Shown piece by piece: positions 8,693 through 16,725 of a stretch of DNA of 64,000 nt. The DNA is from Candidatus Woesearchaeota archaeon (GTDB lineage Archaea > Nanobdellota > Nanobdellia > Woesearchaeales > JACPBV01): NCBI GenBank assembly GCA_019323195.1, contig JAHWHQ010000036.1, positions 2,952-66,951 of the forward strand. Direction: 5' to 3'. Position numbers and translations under genes: made by a program. The notes below the pieces were generated by a model. That model made no database searches. It was not told the DNA's origin and saw only the letters and a program-made list of their open reading frames with translations. Numbering within the stretch: position 1 is the first letter of the stretch; each line of letters begins with the position of its first letter.

Positions 8693-11600
8693 TCAGCCAA
8701 ACCACTGCCCCAAAGCTATCTGCTTTTCCTTTTCTTTGCCAAAAATACCTTCAACCCTTCTTTTTGTAAGTTCCAGGCTTAGCTTCAGATAGGAAGGAAG
8801 GTCGTATTTGGCTGCAAGGCTTATTGCAGGCTCAAGATACTTTATTATAGAGCCTTCTGAGATAGTAAATATTATCTTCCCCCCGCATTTTGTGCACTTG
8901 CCCACTAATGGCGGCCGGCGGTATTTCTGGTTGCAGTTAACGCACCTGAAGACCTGCTGGGAAAATTTCCTTAGGTTTCCTTTTATGTCGCGTATGAAAT
9001 GCTTCTCTATGACCAGCCTTGCAACATCTCCTGTATCTACGGCCCTTATCTTCTCTGCAAGGTCCATCTGGCCCTTAAGCTTTTCTTCCATCGAGGGAAG
9101 GGTCTTATATGCAGAACACCTCTTGCCGTCATTAAGGTCGCCCAAGTCGTGGGTAAACCAGAAATCTTCATACTGCCCTTCCTTGTTAAGCCGCTTGCCT
9201 AACTGATCTATCTCAACATCCCATGGCTGCTTGTACTGCAAACAGGCCTCATAGAACTCCAAGGGGTACCTTTTTGCCACATCAAGGTCAAAAACCATAT
9301 CATCGACCTCTGCAGGAATCAGGGCAGAGGTCAAGACAAGGGGGGCATCCTGGGTTGCGCCACGGTTGTTGGGGAGGAACTGCCTTGAGAAATTCAGCAG
9401 GATGTCCATTATAAGGGTCACTGATGCCTCATCGCCATCGCAGTCACGCCTAGTAGCAGCGTGAAAGATAGGATGGGCGTAAAAGCCAAGGGTTTTTGAA
9501 AAGCCTATTATCCTGCCAGTTGTTGCTGCTGAGGTATGGGGCGCTAAAGCGATCACCAGCTTGCCTGCAAGATCGGCAGGTGATCTAAGGCTGTAGAACG
9601 GCTTAAGATGGTAGAATTCAACCAAAAGGTCGTCAATAAAGTTTGCCAGCCGGAACAGGATCTGGTCAGCGCCTTCTTCTGGGGACTCGTCACAGGCAGG
9701 CAGTATCAGGTCCTGGGGGCGCAATTCGAGAACCTGGCCAGGATCAACCAGCTCTTTCCCGTATATGTCTTTCACGTACCCCAGCACTTTCAGCTTCTCT
9801 ATGCTTGTCTGTATCTCTTTTGGCTTGAAGTGGGTTATTGCAAGCTGGGTCATATCATACCTTGTTGTTCCGTCTTTATTGACATATATGTCGTGCTTCG
9901 CCCTTAGGATGCCTTTTGCAAGGTGCTCTGGGATATGGTCTTTATTGGATGTTCCCCTAACGCCCTTGATCAAATCAGGCATGGTTTTTTCACCCATATT
10001 GCCCATGATTCTCTTGAAAATGCTGTTTATGTCGATGCTTTTTTTCATGTATGGCCTTGCTGTCCCGTGCTTGCATTCCCCATTTTCCAGAACCCCGCAA
10101 TCCTTGCAGAAATAAAGTTTCTTTGCCTTTTTGCCGCAGCTTTCACAAACGCTGAAAACTGTTTCTTTGCTACAGCCTGGACAGCGGTAAAGGGGAAATT
10201 CTGCGGTTATCTTTCCTGATTCCATGGCTGTCTGGAAACACCTTAGCTTGCCCCCTTCATCCCCGACAGGGAAAAGCACGTGCGGAGAGCCTGTAAGTTT
10301 TCTCATCTTGGCTTTTTCAGGGCGCCCCATCCTGGCGCCTATGAAATAACCTGACTTATCTCTAAGCTTTATGGGGGAAATAAGGTTTATTATCTCAACG
10401 GGCTTCTTTTCCATATTTTTTCTTACAGTTTCCATTAGCCCGGAATGTCCTTTGCCTGCTGATAAGGAGAACATCTCTGAGAGAACAAGAGCATCCTCTT
10501 TTTCTATCAAGACGTATTCGTTGCTTATGAACCTGTGGGGAAGGCCAATGACCTCAAGGGTTCTTTTCTTTTCCTTGTCAAGGGGAAGGACTATCTTATG
10601 AATCTTACCTTCCTGCTCGACTACGCTGGACCTGCTGAGCCATTCAAGGAGACCTAAAAGGTCTTTTGATGATACAAGGTTCCAGTGATAGGTATAATAG
10701 GGGTAAAGAGGGATGCCCAATTTCTTTGAAAGCTGTACAGAAGCGAGGGCAGTCAGCCTCTGGCCCAAAGGGTCTCTAAGGAGGGTATCAAGAGCGTCTG
10801 GAGAGATGCCGGTAATCTCTGAAAGCTTGTCAAGGTCAAGATTTCCAAAGGTGCTTACTGTGGCTTTCTCAAGCTCCTGCACCCACCACTCCTCACAATA
10901 CCCTGGAGGAAGAAGAGGGTGGGCCCTGTTGAAGAAATCGCCATAGCTGAAAAGTATGTCTCCCATGAAAAGAATCTCTTTTATCTGGCCTGCTAATTTC
11001 TTTGCCTGTTTTGTGGTCTCGAGCCTTAGAACGTCCCCGTTAGTTAATTTAACAACCGGCCCTTCGATAGTATCGCAGCAGGACATTGCAGCTGCTTTTC
11101 CAGGGCGCTCTACTTTCAGCTGCGTACCTATGGCTATGTAGCCGTTTAAAGCGTACGTCAATGCCGGATGGATAGAGGCAGAAGAATAACCGCTGGTCCT
11201 TGCCCGGCCGTACCTCAGGCGGAAGCCGCCTTCCCTTAACGGATGCGTCAAAACAGGGCGGCCGGCAACGAGGTCAGAGATATAGGTATAGATGGGGGCT
11301 ACCTTGCCCGTATCCTCTGTCGTGCTTTTGGATTTGACCTTTTTCTGGAGCTTGATGAAATCACCAAGGAAAAGCCATTCGTCAAGCCCGAAGTCCTTTC
11401 CCCACTTGCTGACCTGCTTCCACAGCTTGGGGGCTTTCTGGGCGATCCCCTCCCCAATAACCAGGCAGACACCGGACCTAATCCTATTCGTCTCTATCCT
11501 TTCAAGATCCTTATACCTGGAGACCTCTATCTCCTCTGAAGGATCGCCGGAGACCTGGATTGGGAGGTTCTTTGCCAAAAAGGATATCTCTTCCCTGCTA

Positions 11601-12232
11601 GGGAGGTACTGTAGATTAGTAACACGTTCATGATAATCATAGAGCTCTGTCACCGTCCTGTTGATCTCGTCTTCTGTCGGGTCGTAAGGAAGGTAACCCA
11701 TCTGCTTCCTGACATAGTCTGAGACGATGGTGGAGACGGCAGCAGCTGTCCCCCCTGCAGACCTTATAGGTCCGGAGTACATCAGACAGAAGTATTCCCT
11801 GCCGTCCTTCCTCTTATTCAGCCTGAGCTCGACAAAACCCTCTATGGGGGAAGCGACTATGCCTAAGGTAAGGTAGGCGATACCTACCCTTATCCCTGTC
11901 TCCATGGCCTTTAGCTTAGTGCTGAACCTGCAGAGCTTTTCCTGCGATACCTCAAGTGATATAGTAAGGGCGACCCTCCAGTCAAGGTCTCCAAATTTTT
12001 TCTCCAGCTCCTTTATCCTTTGAGAAAGGCCGGAGTTCTCTATCTCAGGGACTATGGTGGAGATAAGGCCCTCTACCCTCTCCGCCATGTTCTTGGCCAG
12101 AGGAACAGCAGCATCGTCCTCAGGGTCATAGCCGAGGCTTCTTGCCTTTTTTGCAGCTTCATAAGCCGCCTTTACCTGCTGCTCTATCTGCCCAAGGTAT
12201 TTTTTCATTTCCTTGCTTGCTGTCGGCTCCAT
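8693..12232 (-). CDS. polC: DNA polymerase II (family D) large catalytic subunit DP2
   Basis: 1179 aa. It has the characteristic Zn-finger clusters (CPGCSKETVFSVCESCGKK...CKDCG; C-terminal CVNCNQKYRRPPLVGKCTKCGG) and conserved DP2 blocks. No intein is present. Confidence 0.93.
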   Translation of the reverse strand: MEPTASKEMKKYLGQIEQQVKAAYEAAKKARSLGYDPEDDAAVPLAKNMAERVEGLISTIVPEIENSGLSQRIKELEKKFGDLDWRVALTISLEVSQEKLCRFSTKLKAMETGIRVGIAYLTLGIVASPIEGFVELRLNKRKDGREYFCLMYSGPIRSAGGTAAAVSTIVSDYVRKQMGYLPYDPTEDEINRTVTELYDYHERVTNLQYLPSREEISFLAKNLPIQVSGDPSEEIEVSRYKDLERIETNRIRSGVCLVIGEGIAQKAPKLWKQVSKWGKDFGLDEWLFLGDFIKLQKKVKSKSTTEDTGKVAPIYTYISDLVAGRPVLTHPLREGGFRLRYGRARTSGYSSASIHPALTYALNGYIAIGTQLKVERPGKAAAMSCCDTIEGPVVKLTNGDVLRLETTKQAKKLAGQIKEILFMGDILFSYGDFFNRAHPLLPPGYCEEWWVQELEKATVSTFGNLDLDKLSEITGISPDALDTLLRDPLGQRLTALASVQLSKKLGIPLYPYYTYHWNLVSSKDLLGLLEWLSRSSVVEQEGKIHKIVLPLDKEKKRTLEVIGLPHRFISNEYVLIEKEDALVLSEMFSLSAGKGHSGLMETVRKNMEKKPVEIINLISPIKLRDKSGYFIGARMGRPEKAKMRKLTGSPHVLFPVGDEGGKLRCFQTAMESGKITAEFPLYRCPGCSKETVFSVCESCGKKAKKLYFCKDCGVLENGECKHGTARPYMKKSIDINSIFKRIMGNMGEKTMPDLIKGVRGTSNKDHIPEHLAKGILRAKHDIYVNKDGTTRYDMTQLAITHFKPKEIQTSIEKLKVLGYVKDIYGKELVDPGQVLELRPQDLILPACDESPEEGADQILFRLANFIDDLLVEFYHLKPFYSLRSPADLAGKLVIALAPHTSAATTGRIIGFSKTLGFYAHPIFHAATRRDCDGDEASVTLIMDILLNFSRQFLPNNRGATQDAPLVLTSALIPAEVDDMVFDLDVAKRYPLEFYEACLQYKQPWDVEIDQLGKRLNKEGQYEDFWFTHDLGDLNDGKRCSAYKTLPSMEEKLKGQMDLAEKIRAVDTGDVARLVIEKHFIRDIKGNLRKFSQQVFRCVNCNQKYRRPPLVGKCTKCGGKIIFTISEGSIIKYLEPAISLAAKYDLPSYLKLSLELTKRRVEGIFGKEKEKQIALGQWFG

Positions 12233-12233
12233 T

Positions 12234-13808
12234 TTAGATGAATTTCAAGATTTTTATTTCCCTGGTCTTAAGGTTTACAAGAGGTATCCTGCCTGGTTCC
12301 GGGTTATGGCCCACCTTTTCCTGGAAGGATGTCTTTGACTGCCAGCACGAGCCGCTTATCAAAGTTATATTCCTATAGTTTGCAGCTATAGACTTATGGA
12401 TGTGGCCGGTGATAAAGAAATCCGGCTCTCTGGCTATTACTAGGGGGTCCTGCTGCGCGTCAGGGGCGTATAATGTGGAGGTGTGGGTTGGAGCGAGATG
12501 CCTTCTCCTAAGAAGAAACTTCATGATGCGGTCTGCGCGGTTATAGCCGCCGTTGTTCCTTATCGAATCTACGTTCGCAACAAAATAATCGAAAGAGTAG
12601 CCATGGTAAAGCAGCACATCAAAACCGGAGAACTCTTCAGAGGAGTGAATATTGACCAGCGCAGGGTTGGAGACAGAGGTTATATTAGGGAGCCTGTAGA
12701 TGGGCTCTGCAAAATCCCTGTAAAGGGGAGGCTGGGGCTCGGCTATGCGCATGGCATCGTGGTTTCCAGGGCAGATTATAAGGTGTATTCTTGAAGGTAT
12801 CTGCTTCAGCAGACCTGCGCAGGCTTCATACTGGGAGTAAATATCTTTTATGTCGAGTTCCTTTTCCTGCTCAGGGTAGATGCCGCAGCCGTCAACAAGG
12901 TCGCCAACGATGAATATGTACTCAACTTTTGACGCTATTTCCTTCTGTTTTTCGTTGCCGGCCTGCCCGTTTATCCATTTAAGGAACCTGTTGAAGGCTT
13001 CGGGAAGAAAATTATTGGAGCCTACATGCAGGTCTGAAAGGAATAAGGCATAAGCTTCAGACGGGCTTTTTTTAAGCTTCCTGGCGGTGACTTCGGGCCA
13101 GAACAGCTTGTTGGCGAAAACTATGTTGGTGCCGTTAACCCCGCTGATGCCAAGGATCTCGTCAAGGACTATTGACCTGGCCTCTTCGAAGGTGTCCGGC
13201 TTGTTCTTGTTTACCAGGACGTTTATGGAGCCGGTCTGGTCCTCTAACGTCAGGATAAGGTTCTTGTTTTTTGTCAGCTGCTTGTCCGATACCATTCCAA
13301 TCAAGGAGACAGAATCACGGTCTTTCTTGTTTTTTATCCGGTTAATGGTGGTAATGTTCTTAAGGTCGGGCCTTTGACGAAGCAGCTTTTCTATGGCCTT
13401 ATACCGCATATTAAAATACCGGACAAAATCCTGGATGTCCCTTTTTTTTGGGTTCTCGTCATAGGAGTGCACTACTTTAACCTTTTCATCGGTGATTTTT
13501 GCCTTCTTGGTGTAAAGGTATTTTATGAATTTAGGGTAAATCTTGCTTTCTTTCCCTTTTTCCATCTGTGCTTTTGATCTCTCTAGGTCAGGCCAGTTGA
13601 GGTCCAGTACAGAAAGGCTTTGAAGGGCATCATTAATGTCGTTGTTGAGGAAAAGGAAATTCTGAAGGTTTATTTTGCGGGTTATAAGGGAGTAGATCTC
13701 TTCTGCGTGCTTCTGGCTTATATTATCAAGGATGTCTGAGCTTAGGAGGATATCTTTACCAAGAAAAAAATCTACTACCTGCTTTTTTTGGATTGCTTCC
13801 TGCTTCAT
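12234..13808 (-). CDS. polB: DNA polymerase II (family D) small subunit DP1, calcineurin-like phosphoesterase
   Basis: 524 aa. N-terminal DP1 region followed by an OB region. Metallophosphoesterase motifs are LFLSDLHVGS, IFIVGDLVDG, GNHD and GHIH. Confidence 0.9.
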   Translation of the reverse strand: MKQEAIQKKQVVDFFLGKDILLSSDILDNISQKHAEEIYSLITRKINLQNFLFLNNDINDALQSLSVLDLNWPDLERSKAQMEKGKESKIYPKFIKYLYTKKAKITDEKVKVVHSYDENPKKRDIQDFVRYFNMRYKAIEKLLRQRPDLKNITTINRIKNKKDRDSVSLIGMVSDKQLTKNKNLILTLEDQTGSINVLVNKNKPDTFEEARSIVLDEILGISGVNGTNIVFANKLFWPEVTARKLKKSPSEAYALFLSDLHVGSNNFLPEAFNRFLKWINGQAGNEKQKEIASKVEYIFIVGDLVDGCGIYPEQEKELDIKDIYSQYEACAGLLKQIPSRIHLIICPGNHDAMRIAEPQPPLYRDFAEPIYRLPNITSVSNPALVNIHSSEEFSGFDVLLYHGYSFDYFVANVDSIRNNGGYNRADRIMKFLLRRRHLAPTHTSTLYAPDAQQDPLVIAREPDFFITGHIHKSIAANYRNITLISGSCWQSKTSFQEKVGHNPEPGRIPLVNLKTREIKILKFI

Positions 13809-13838
13809 TTTAGGTAAGAAGGACTATTCCTTAGTTGG

Positions 13839-15050
13839 CTAAGATACGGCTAACCCTTCCTCTAAGATCTTTTTTGTTTTTCCTATAAGCGCTTCGGGGA
13901 TCAAAAGTGAGATCTCCCTTGTCCTTCCGTGGCGGCCCTTGGAGATTACCTTGGCGTTTATTATGCCAAGCATGTCCAGTTCAGCTATAACATCAGAGAT
14001 CCTTCTCTGCGTTAACGGCCTGAGGCCTACTCTGGAGGAAACCTGCTTATAGATTTCATAAATATCCCCTGTGAAGATGTTTTCTTTCCTTTTCTGGCTT
14101 AATGAAAGGATAGAGTAAAGTGTTGCCTGGGACTGCTTGGGCTGGTGGGTTATGGCGTCCAGGACGCTGTCTTTCTCTATTTTTTCCTCAGCATGGTCTA
14201 TGTGGGAGATGTCTACCTTTTTTGAACTGTTACGTTCGGCAATCTCGGCTGCAACCCTTAAAAGCTCTAAAGCGCGCCTTGCATCACCGTGCTCCCTGGC
14301 GGCGTAAGCTGCGCATTTTTCAATAACGCCTTCACTGATAGAGTCCTTTTTGAAGGCTTCTGCCGCCCTTTGCTTTAAGATGTCCTGGATCTGTATTGCG
14401 TTGTAAGGAGGGAAAACAAGCTCTTCTTCAGACAGTGAAGAGCGAACCCTTGGGTCTATGTTATCAACAAAGATGAGGTCGTTGGAGATGCCAATAAGAG
14501 AGACCTGTGCATTTTTAAGGTCCTCGTTGATCCTTACAAGGTTGTAAAGTATCTCGTCCCCTGTTTTTTTCACAAGCTGGTCTATCTCGTCAAGGATAAG
14601 AAGAATTAGCTGTTTTTTGGAATCTATAACGTTAAAGAAGGATTTGTAGACTTCGTCTGTAGGCAGGCCGGTAGGAGCTATCTCATGGCCAAATTCACGC
14701 GTCAATTGGGCAATGAGGCGGTATTCTGTGTCTGCCATCTTCTTGAGCTTGCAGTTAAGGTAGACTGTTTTTAACGGGATGCCTTTTTGTTTGGATTTGT
14801 CCAAGAGGTTGTCGGCTATGTGCTTGATGGTAAGGGTTTTGCCAGAACCTGTCTTTCCGTAAATGAACAGGTTAGATGGCTTTTCAAGTTTCAGGCATGG
14901 CGCTAAGATGTTTGCTACCTGCTTTATTTCTGAATCGCGATGTGAGATGGCTTCTGGCGTATAGGAGCTTTGCAGGGCTTTCTTATCTAGAAAAAGGCTT
15001 TCTTTACCTAAAAAGTCCTCAAAAAAGTTGGATAACGCCTCTTTTTCCAT
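13839..15050 (-). CDS. cdc6: Orc1/Cdc6 replication initiator
   Basis: 403 aa. Walker A is IYGKTGSGKT, Walker B is LILDEID, and a C-terminal winged helix follows. It is oriented away from the oriC-like region. Confidence 0.93.
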   Translation of the reverse strand: MEKEALSNFFEDFLGKESLFLDKKALQSSYTPEAISHRDSEIKQVANILAPCLKLEKPSNLFIYGKTGSGKTLTIKHIADNLLDKSKQKGIPLKTVYLNCKLKKMADTEYRLIAQLTREFGHEIAPTGLPTDEVYKSFFNVIDSKKQLILLILDEIDQLVKKTGDEILYNLVRINEDLKNAQVSLIGISNDLIFVDNIDPRVRSSLSEEELVFPPYNAIQIQDILKQRAAEAFKKDSISEGVIEKCAAYAAREHGDARRALELLRVAAEIAERNSSKKVDISHIDHAEEKIEKDSVLDAITHQPKQSQATLYSILSLSQKRKENIFTGDIYEIYKQVSSRVGLRPLTQRRISDVIAELDMLGIINAKVISKGRHGRTREISLLIPEALIGKTKKILEEGLAVS

Positions 15051-15574
15051 ATAGTTTCCATATGAAATGGAGGTATTTAAAGTTTTAGGTGTTATACGGG
15101 AGTAGTGGATTCTTAATTGTATGTAAAGTATGTTCTATGTCGTAGGAGGGGTGTAATAATAGTTGGGTATTTTGGGGTAGATAAGCTCGTTTTACTGTTT
15201 AGAACACACCCCTTGATTTCTTATGGAAAAATGGATTTAAAGATTTTGGCTTTTTTTTGTTTTTTGTTTTTTTATTCTTTTCTATATAGAAAATAATAAT
15301 ATAATAATAAATATAATAAAGATATAAATAAAGAATAAAGAATAAAAATGATAAAGGAGATAATGAGGAATAATAAATAAAGAATAAAAATGATAAAGGA
15401 GATAATGAGGAATAATAAATAAAGAATAAAAATGATAAAGGAGATAATGAGGAATAATAACTAAAAGATAAAGATAATCCGGAAGTAAATATAACTTCCA
15501 TAGGAAAAAGGGGGGTAGCCCTTGCCTAGTAGAAAGAAATATTTATTAAGGCTGGATGTGGGCATTTACTTAAA
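15051..15574. other. Putative replication origin (oriC). ORB-like boxes: 15056-15075 in + orientation, 15205-15229 in inverted orientation, 15495-15520 in + orientation. An AT-rich DUE-like stretch lies at about 15235-15490.
   Basis: The boxes read tTTCCAtatGAAAtGGAGGt (15056-15075), the reverse complement tTCCAtaaGAAAtcaaGGGGtgtg (15205-15229) and cTTCCAtagGAAAaaGGGGGGtagcc (15495-15520). All fit the archaeal ORB pattern TTCCAnnnGAAA followed by a G-string. Two of them in opposite orientation bracket a region of more than 85% A+T. The position next to orc1/cdc6 is also typical. Confidence 0.65.
15334..15459. repeat. Perfect 42-bp tandem direct repeat x3 (aataaagaataaaaatgataaaggagataatgaggaataata) inside the AT-rich origin region
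   Basis: Read directly. Copies are at 15334-15375, 15376-15417 and 15418-15459, with a partial copy upstream. The repeat generates the spurious in-frame ORF 15199..15501 on the minus strand. Confidence 0.9.
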
Positions 15575-16387
15575 TTGCCGGAATTTACCAATGGGACAAG
15601 GAATATGCCTCAAAAAAACCTAAAGGATTATGTTAAGGATAAGCTGGGTAAGGGGTATAGTACTTTTACTATTAAGAAGGCCCTGCTTAAATGGGGGTAT
15701 AAGGAAGAAAATGTTGATATGGTCTTTTCTTCTTTGCTGCCTTTAGGGAAGCAAAAGGCTGCTGAGGAACATCATAAGGGGCAGTTTAGCTTATTTGTCA
15801 GACCTGGCAGTTTTTTTTCCGAACGATCTGATCTGGGGATCCATAAGGCTGTTAGGTATTTTCTGCATGCTTTTTTGATTTTCTTTGCCATTCAGTTTCT
15901 TATAACGCTTTTAGCAGGGATTTTTGCAAGGGGGGAAGGATATTTTATCCCTGCTGCGCTTTTGGCTAATGTTTTGACAAGCCTGCTTTTTTTGCTGTCA
16001 ATACTTATCTTTTCTTCTTTATTGGCAGGGTTATGCTTTTTTTCATCTAAATATATATTTCAGGAAAGGATGGATTTTCTTCTGATTCTTACTATCCTGC
16101 TCTTTGCTTTGGTGCCTTATGTACTGATAAGCTCTTTAAGGAGCCTTGAGGTATATGGCATCATTTCACTTTTAGGCGTCTCGATCGGGGTCTTGGACAT
16201 AAACATATTCTTTTTGTGGTCATTGTTTTTGTTTTCTTTAGGGATGTCTAAGAGTTTGGGGTTGAGCGTTAAGAAAGGGGTGCTTTTTGTTCTTGTTCCT
16301 TTTGCTTTTCTTATGGCTGCCCTGGCCTTTGCTTCGTACGGGGCTTTGAGGGCAAGGTTTTTGTGGCTGGTTTTTGAGAGGTTTTGA
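15575..16387 (+). CDS. Membrane protein: about 60-aa soluble N-terminal domain plus about 6 TM helices
   Basis: 270 aa. The hydrophobic helices begin at HAFLIFFAIQFLITLLAGIF... There is no recognisable catalytic motif. A T-rich stretch follows the gene. Confidence 0.5.
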   Translation: MPEFTNGTRNMPQKNLKDYVKDKLGKGYSTFTIKKALLKWGYKEENVDMVFSSLLPLGKQKAAEEHHKGQFSLFVRPGSFFSERSDLGIHKAVRYFLHAFLIFFAIQFLITLLAGIFARGEGYFIPAALLANVLTSLLFLLSILIFSSLLAGLCFFSSKYIFQERMDFLLILTILLFALVPYVLISSLRSLEVYGIISLLGVSIGVLDINIFFLWSLFLFSLGMSKSLGLSVKKGVLFVLVPFAFLMAALAFASYGALRARFLWLVFERF

Positions 16388-16446
16388 GGGTTTTTTCTTT
16401 TAGTCTGGAAATTGTTTTTTGACTGAAGGGTTTTCTTTTTATGGGA

Positions 16447-16475
16447 CTACATACTAAGTATGTAGTAGTATGTAG
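16447..16475. promoter_or_regulatory. Palindromic operator-like element ctacatact-a-agtatgtag plus a third half-site agtatgtag
   Basis: A perfect 9-bp inverted repeat with an extra direct half-site, about 120 bp upstream of the RHH gene. A second perfect palindrome cttagttaactaag (16559-16572) and a TATA-like tatatata (about 16530) lie closer to the start. Confidence 0.5.
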
Positions 16476-16590
16476 TTTAAAAGGGAAATCTTTATATACC
16501 AGTTATTTCAGGAATAACTTATATACTTAAATATATATAACTAACCGAACTTATTAAGCTTAGTTAACTAAGTTACTTGGATTGTTCCAA

Positions 16591-16725
16591 ATGACAAGGG
16601 TAAACGTAGAGATCGACAATGAGCTGCACAAGAAAGCTAAGCTGAACGCTCTTCTTAAGAACCAGACTTTAATCGAGTATATTCATGAGGCTCTGAGGGA
16701 AAAGGTAAAGAAAGATGGTAAATAA
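16591..16725 (+). CDS. Ribbon-helix-helix (CopG/Arc/VapB-like) small DNA-binding protein, 44 aa
   Basis: MTRVNVEIDNELHKKAKLNALLKNQTLIEYIHEALREKVKKDGK. The layout is a beta-strand (RVNVEID), helix, helix, which is typical of RHH. It is not in the ORF track because it is under 60 aa. Its last 11 nt overlap the ATG of the giant gene at 16715. Confidence 0.6.
   Translation: MTRVNVEIDNELHKKAKLNALLKNQTLIEYIHEALREKVKKDGK

Noticed and set aside
15199-15501. 100-aa minus-strand ORF (MEVIFTSGLSLSFSYYSSLSPLSFLFFIYYSSLSPLSF...) in the ORF track
   Set aside because: It is the in-frame translation of a perfect 42-bp x3 tandem repeat in an intergenic region that is more than 85% A+T and lies between cdc6 and the next gene. 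Its low-complexity repeat peptide is a repeat or origin artefact and not a gene.
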